Part shown: positions 33,093 to 34,318 of the stretch, one piece after another
Position numbering within the stretch: position 1 is the stretch's first letter
Layout of the letters: every line of letters begins with the position of its first letter
DNA from: Actinomycetota bacterium
GTDB lineage: Bacteria > Actinomycetota > Acidimicrobiia > Acidimicrobiales > VFJN01
NCBI GenBank assembly: GCA_046734715.1
Contig: JBKPRV010000192.1
Coordinates: forward strand, 1 to 34,318
Direction: 5' to 3'
Length of the DNA stretch: 34,318 nucleotides
Notes under the pieces: generated by a model
What the model was told of the DNA's origin: nothing
Databases searched by the model: none
What the model saw: only the letters and a program-made list of their open reading frames with translations
Position numbers and translations under genes: made by a program

Positions 33093-34318
33093 GTGTCGAC
33101 GGTACGGACGCCACCGCTGGTCGGCCGCGATCTCGACCTGGCGGTCGCGTTCGAGCTCCTGGCCCGCGTCGAGCAGGGAATGCCTGCGTGCCTGCTGGTG
33201 CGGGGCGAGGCCGGCATCGGCAAGTCACGCCTGGTGAGCGAGCTGGCCGACCGGGCCCAGGCACGCGGCTACCCCGTGGTCGTCGGGCGGGCCGACGACC
33301 TCGACCACGGCATCCCCTTCGCCGTCTTCCGCGACCTGCTCGCCCGGCTGGGGCCGGATGCCGCCCGGGCCGCCGACCTGCGGGCGGCGATGGCCGGTGG
33401 TCCCGCTCCGGAGGGGGACGACGCCCGGCACCTGGGCGCTGCCTTCCGTGCCGCCACCGACCTGCTGCGCGAGGTGGGCGGGGGAGGGCCGGTCGTCCTC
33501 GTGCTCGAGGACCTGCATGCCGCCGACGGCGAGTCGCTGGCTCTGGTGGCCCTCCTCGTCCGGCTCGCCGACCTGCCGCTGCTCACGACGACCACGCTGC
33601 GGCCGGGCGGCGGCGCCGCCGAGCTGGAGCAGCTCAGCGAGCGGATGGCCGACGACGGCCGCGGCTCGGTCCTCGATCTCGACCCGCTCGGACGCGCCGA
33701 CGTCGGCGACCTGGTCGCGGCGGTGATCGGCGCCGCGCCGGACGACGAGCTGGTAGGCGCCGTGGCCGATGCCAGCCGGGGCAACCCCTTCTTCGCCTGC
33801 GAGATCGCCCAGTCGTTCGTCGACGCCGGGGCGGTCGCCGTGCGGGACGGGCGGGCCCGGCTGGTGCCCGGCGCGCCCACCACCCGTCTGCCCGGCTCGA
33901 CCGCCCTGCTGCGCCGTCTCGCCCTCGGCACCGGCGTCGACGTCGAGCTGGCCAAGGTCGTCGCGACGTTCGGCCGCTTCTCGCTGCGCCGTCTCGGGCT
34001 GGCCGAGCGGCTCACGGGTCTGTCGCCTGACGGGGTGGCCCAGTCGTTCGACCGGCTGGTGAGGGCGGGACTGCTGGCCCCTGCGGCGGGGGGTGGATAC
34101 GAGTTCTCCCACACGATCCTGCGCGACCGGCTGTACGACGACATCGGGCCTGCGGAGCGGCGGCGCATCCACGCCGCGATCGCGGCCGACCTCGCCGCCG
34201 AACGGCGCTCGGGCATCGTCCTCGACGTGCTCGAGCTGGCCACGCACGTGGCCGCGTCGGCCGAGCCCGGCGACGCCACCGCCGCCGCGGTGCTGCTCGA
34301 TGCCGCGAGGAGCGTAGG
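33093..34318 (+). CDS. Large ATP-binding regulator (AAA/NACHT-like ATPase domain of the LuxR/LAL type), 3'-truncated by the window end
   Basis: This frame is not in the supplied track because it has no stop within the window. GTG 33093 follows GGAAGGGGGG. LVGRDLDLA...LLVRGEAGIGKSRL is Walker A, VVLVLEDLHAADGES is Walker B, and SRGNPFFACEIA matches the GNPFF motif of LAL/MalT-like regulators. Confidence 0.8.
   Translation, partial: MSTVRTPPLVGRDLDLAVAFELLARVEQGMPACLLVRGEAGIGKSRLVSELADRAQARGYPVVVGRADDLDHGIPFAVFRDLLARLGPDAARAADLRAAMAGGPAPEGDDARHLGAAFRAATDLLREVGGGGPVVLVLEDLHAADGESLALVALLVRLADLPLLTTTTLRPGGGAAELEQLSERMADDGRGSVLDLDPLGRADVGDLVAAVIGAAPDDELVGAVADASRGNPFFACEIAQSFVDAGAVAVRDGRARLVPGAPTTRLPGSTALLRRLALGTGVDVELAKVVATFGRFSLRRLGLAERLTGLSPDGVAQSFDRLVRAGLLAPAAGGGYEFSHTILRDRLYDDIGPAERRRIHAAIAADLAAERRSGIVLDVLELATHVAASAEPGDATAAAVLLDAARSV

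Noticed and set aside
33093-34318. The AAA/STAND-like ATPase at the window end as part of an anti-phage defence (STAND/Avs-like) system.
   Set aside because: The Walker A/B plus GNPFF arrangement is the standard N-terminal module of LuxR-type (LAL/MalT-like) transcription regulators. There is no nuclease or effector context. The neighbours are metabolic, and the C-terminus is outside the window.

Overview
This is a very GC-rich, actinobacterial-type chromosomal segment. It is densely packed with about 38 protein genes and one tRNA-Met(CAU). Most shadow-strand ORFs in the track are GC artefacts. The content is mainly redox and xenobiotic-type metabolism plus small-molecule regulators:
- Two paralogous SRPBCC/ArsR modules, one fused and one split.
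- A tightly coupled five-gene oxidation operon: SCP2, FAD oxidoreductase, epoxide hydrolase, LLM monooxygenase, acyl-CoA dehydrogenase.
- A GH20 hexosaminidase, a VOC protein, and two TetR regulators.
- An LLM (probably F420-dependent) oxidoreductase and a Ddn-type deazaflavin-dependent reductase.
- A cytoplasmic Cys-type arylsulfatase.
- A decayed Tat-exported FAD oxidase, divergent from a DUF574-type methyltransferase across a striking AT-rich island.
- An MBL hydrolase, a family III CoA-transferase and a catalytically gutted APH-like remnant.
- A Liv-type ABC importer split across two convergent operons that also carry an SDR, a nitroreductase, a serine hydrolase and a 56-aa coupled ORF.
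- The 5' part of a large AAA/LuxR-type (LAL) regulator.

I found no integrase, transposase, phage, CRISPR, toxin-antitoxin or recognisable defence genes. I could not identify a convincing novel multi-gene system, and I say so plainly. The most unusual items are:
- The same SRPBCC-ArsR-SRPBCC architecture in fused and split form, each with its own palindromic operator.
- The pseudogenised oxidase and its AT-rich TTGACG-repeat control region.
- A perfect 30-bp tandem duplication in an otherwise empty convergent gap.
- A probable CTG-initiated, translationally coupled acyl-CoA dehydrogenase.
- A small conserved-looking ORF coupled to the ABC ATPases.

All functional calls come from reading motifs in the supplied translations. 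No database search was run.
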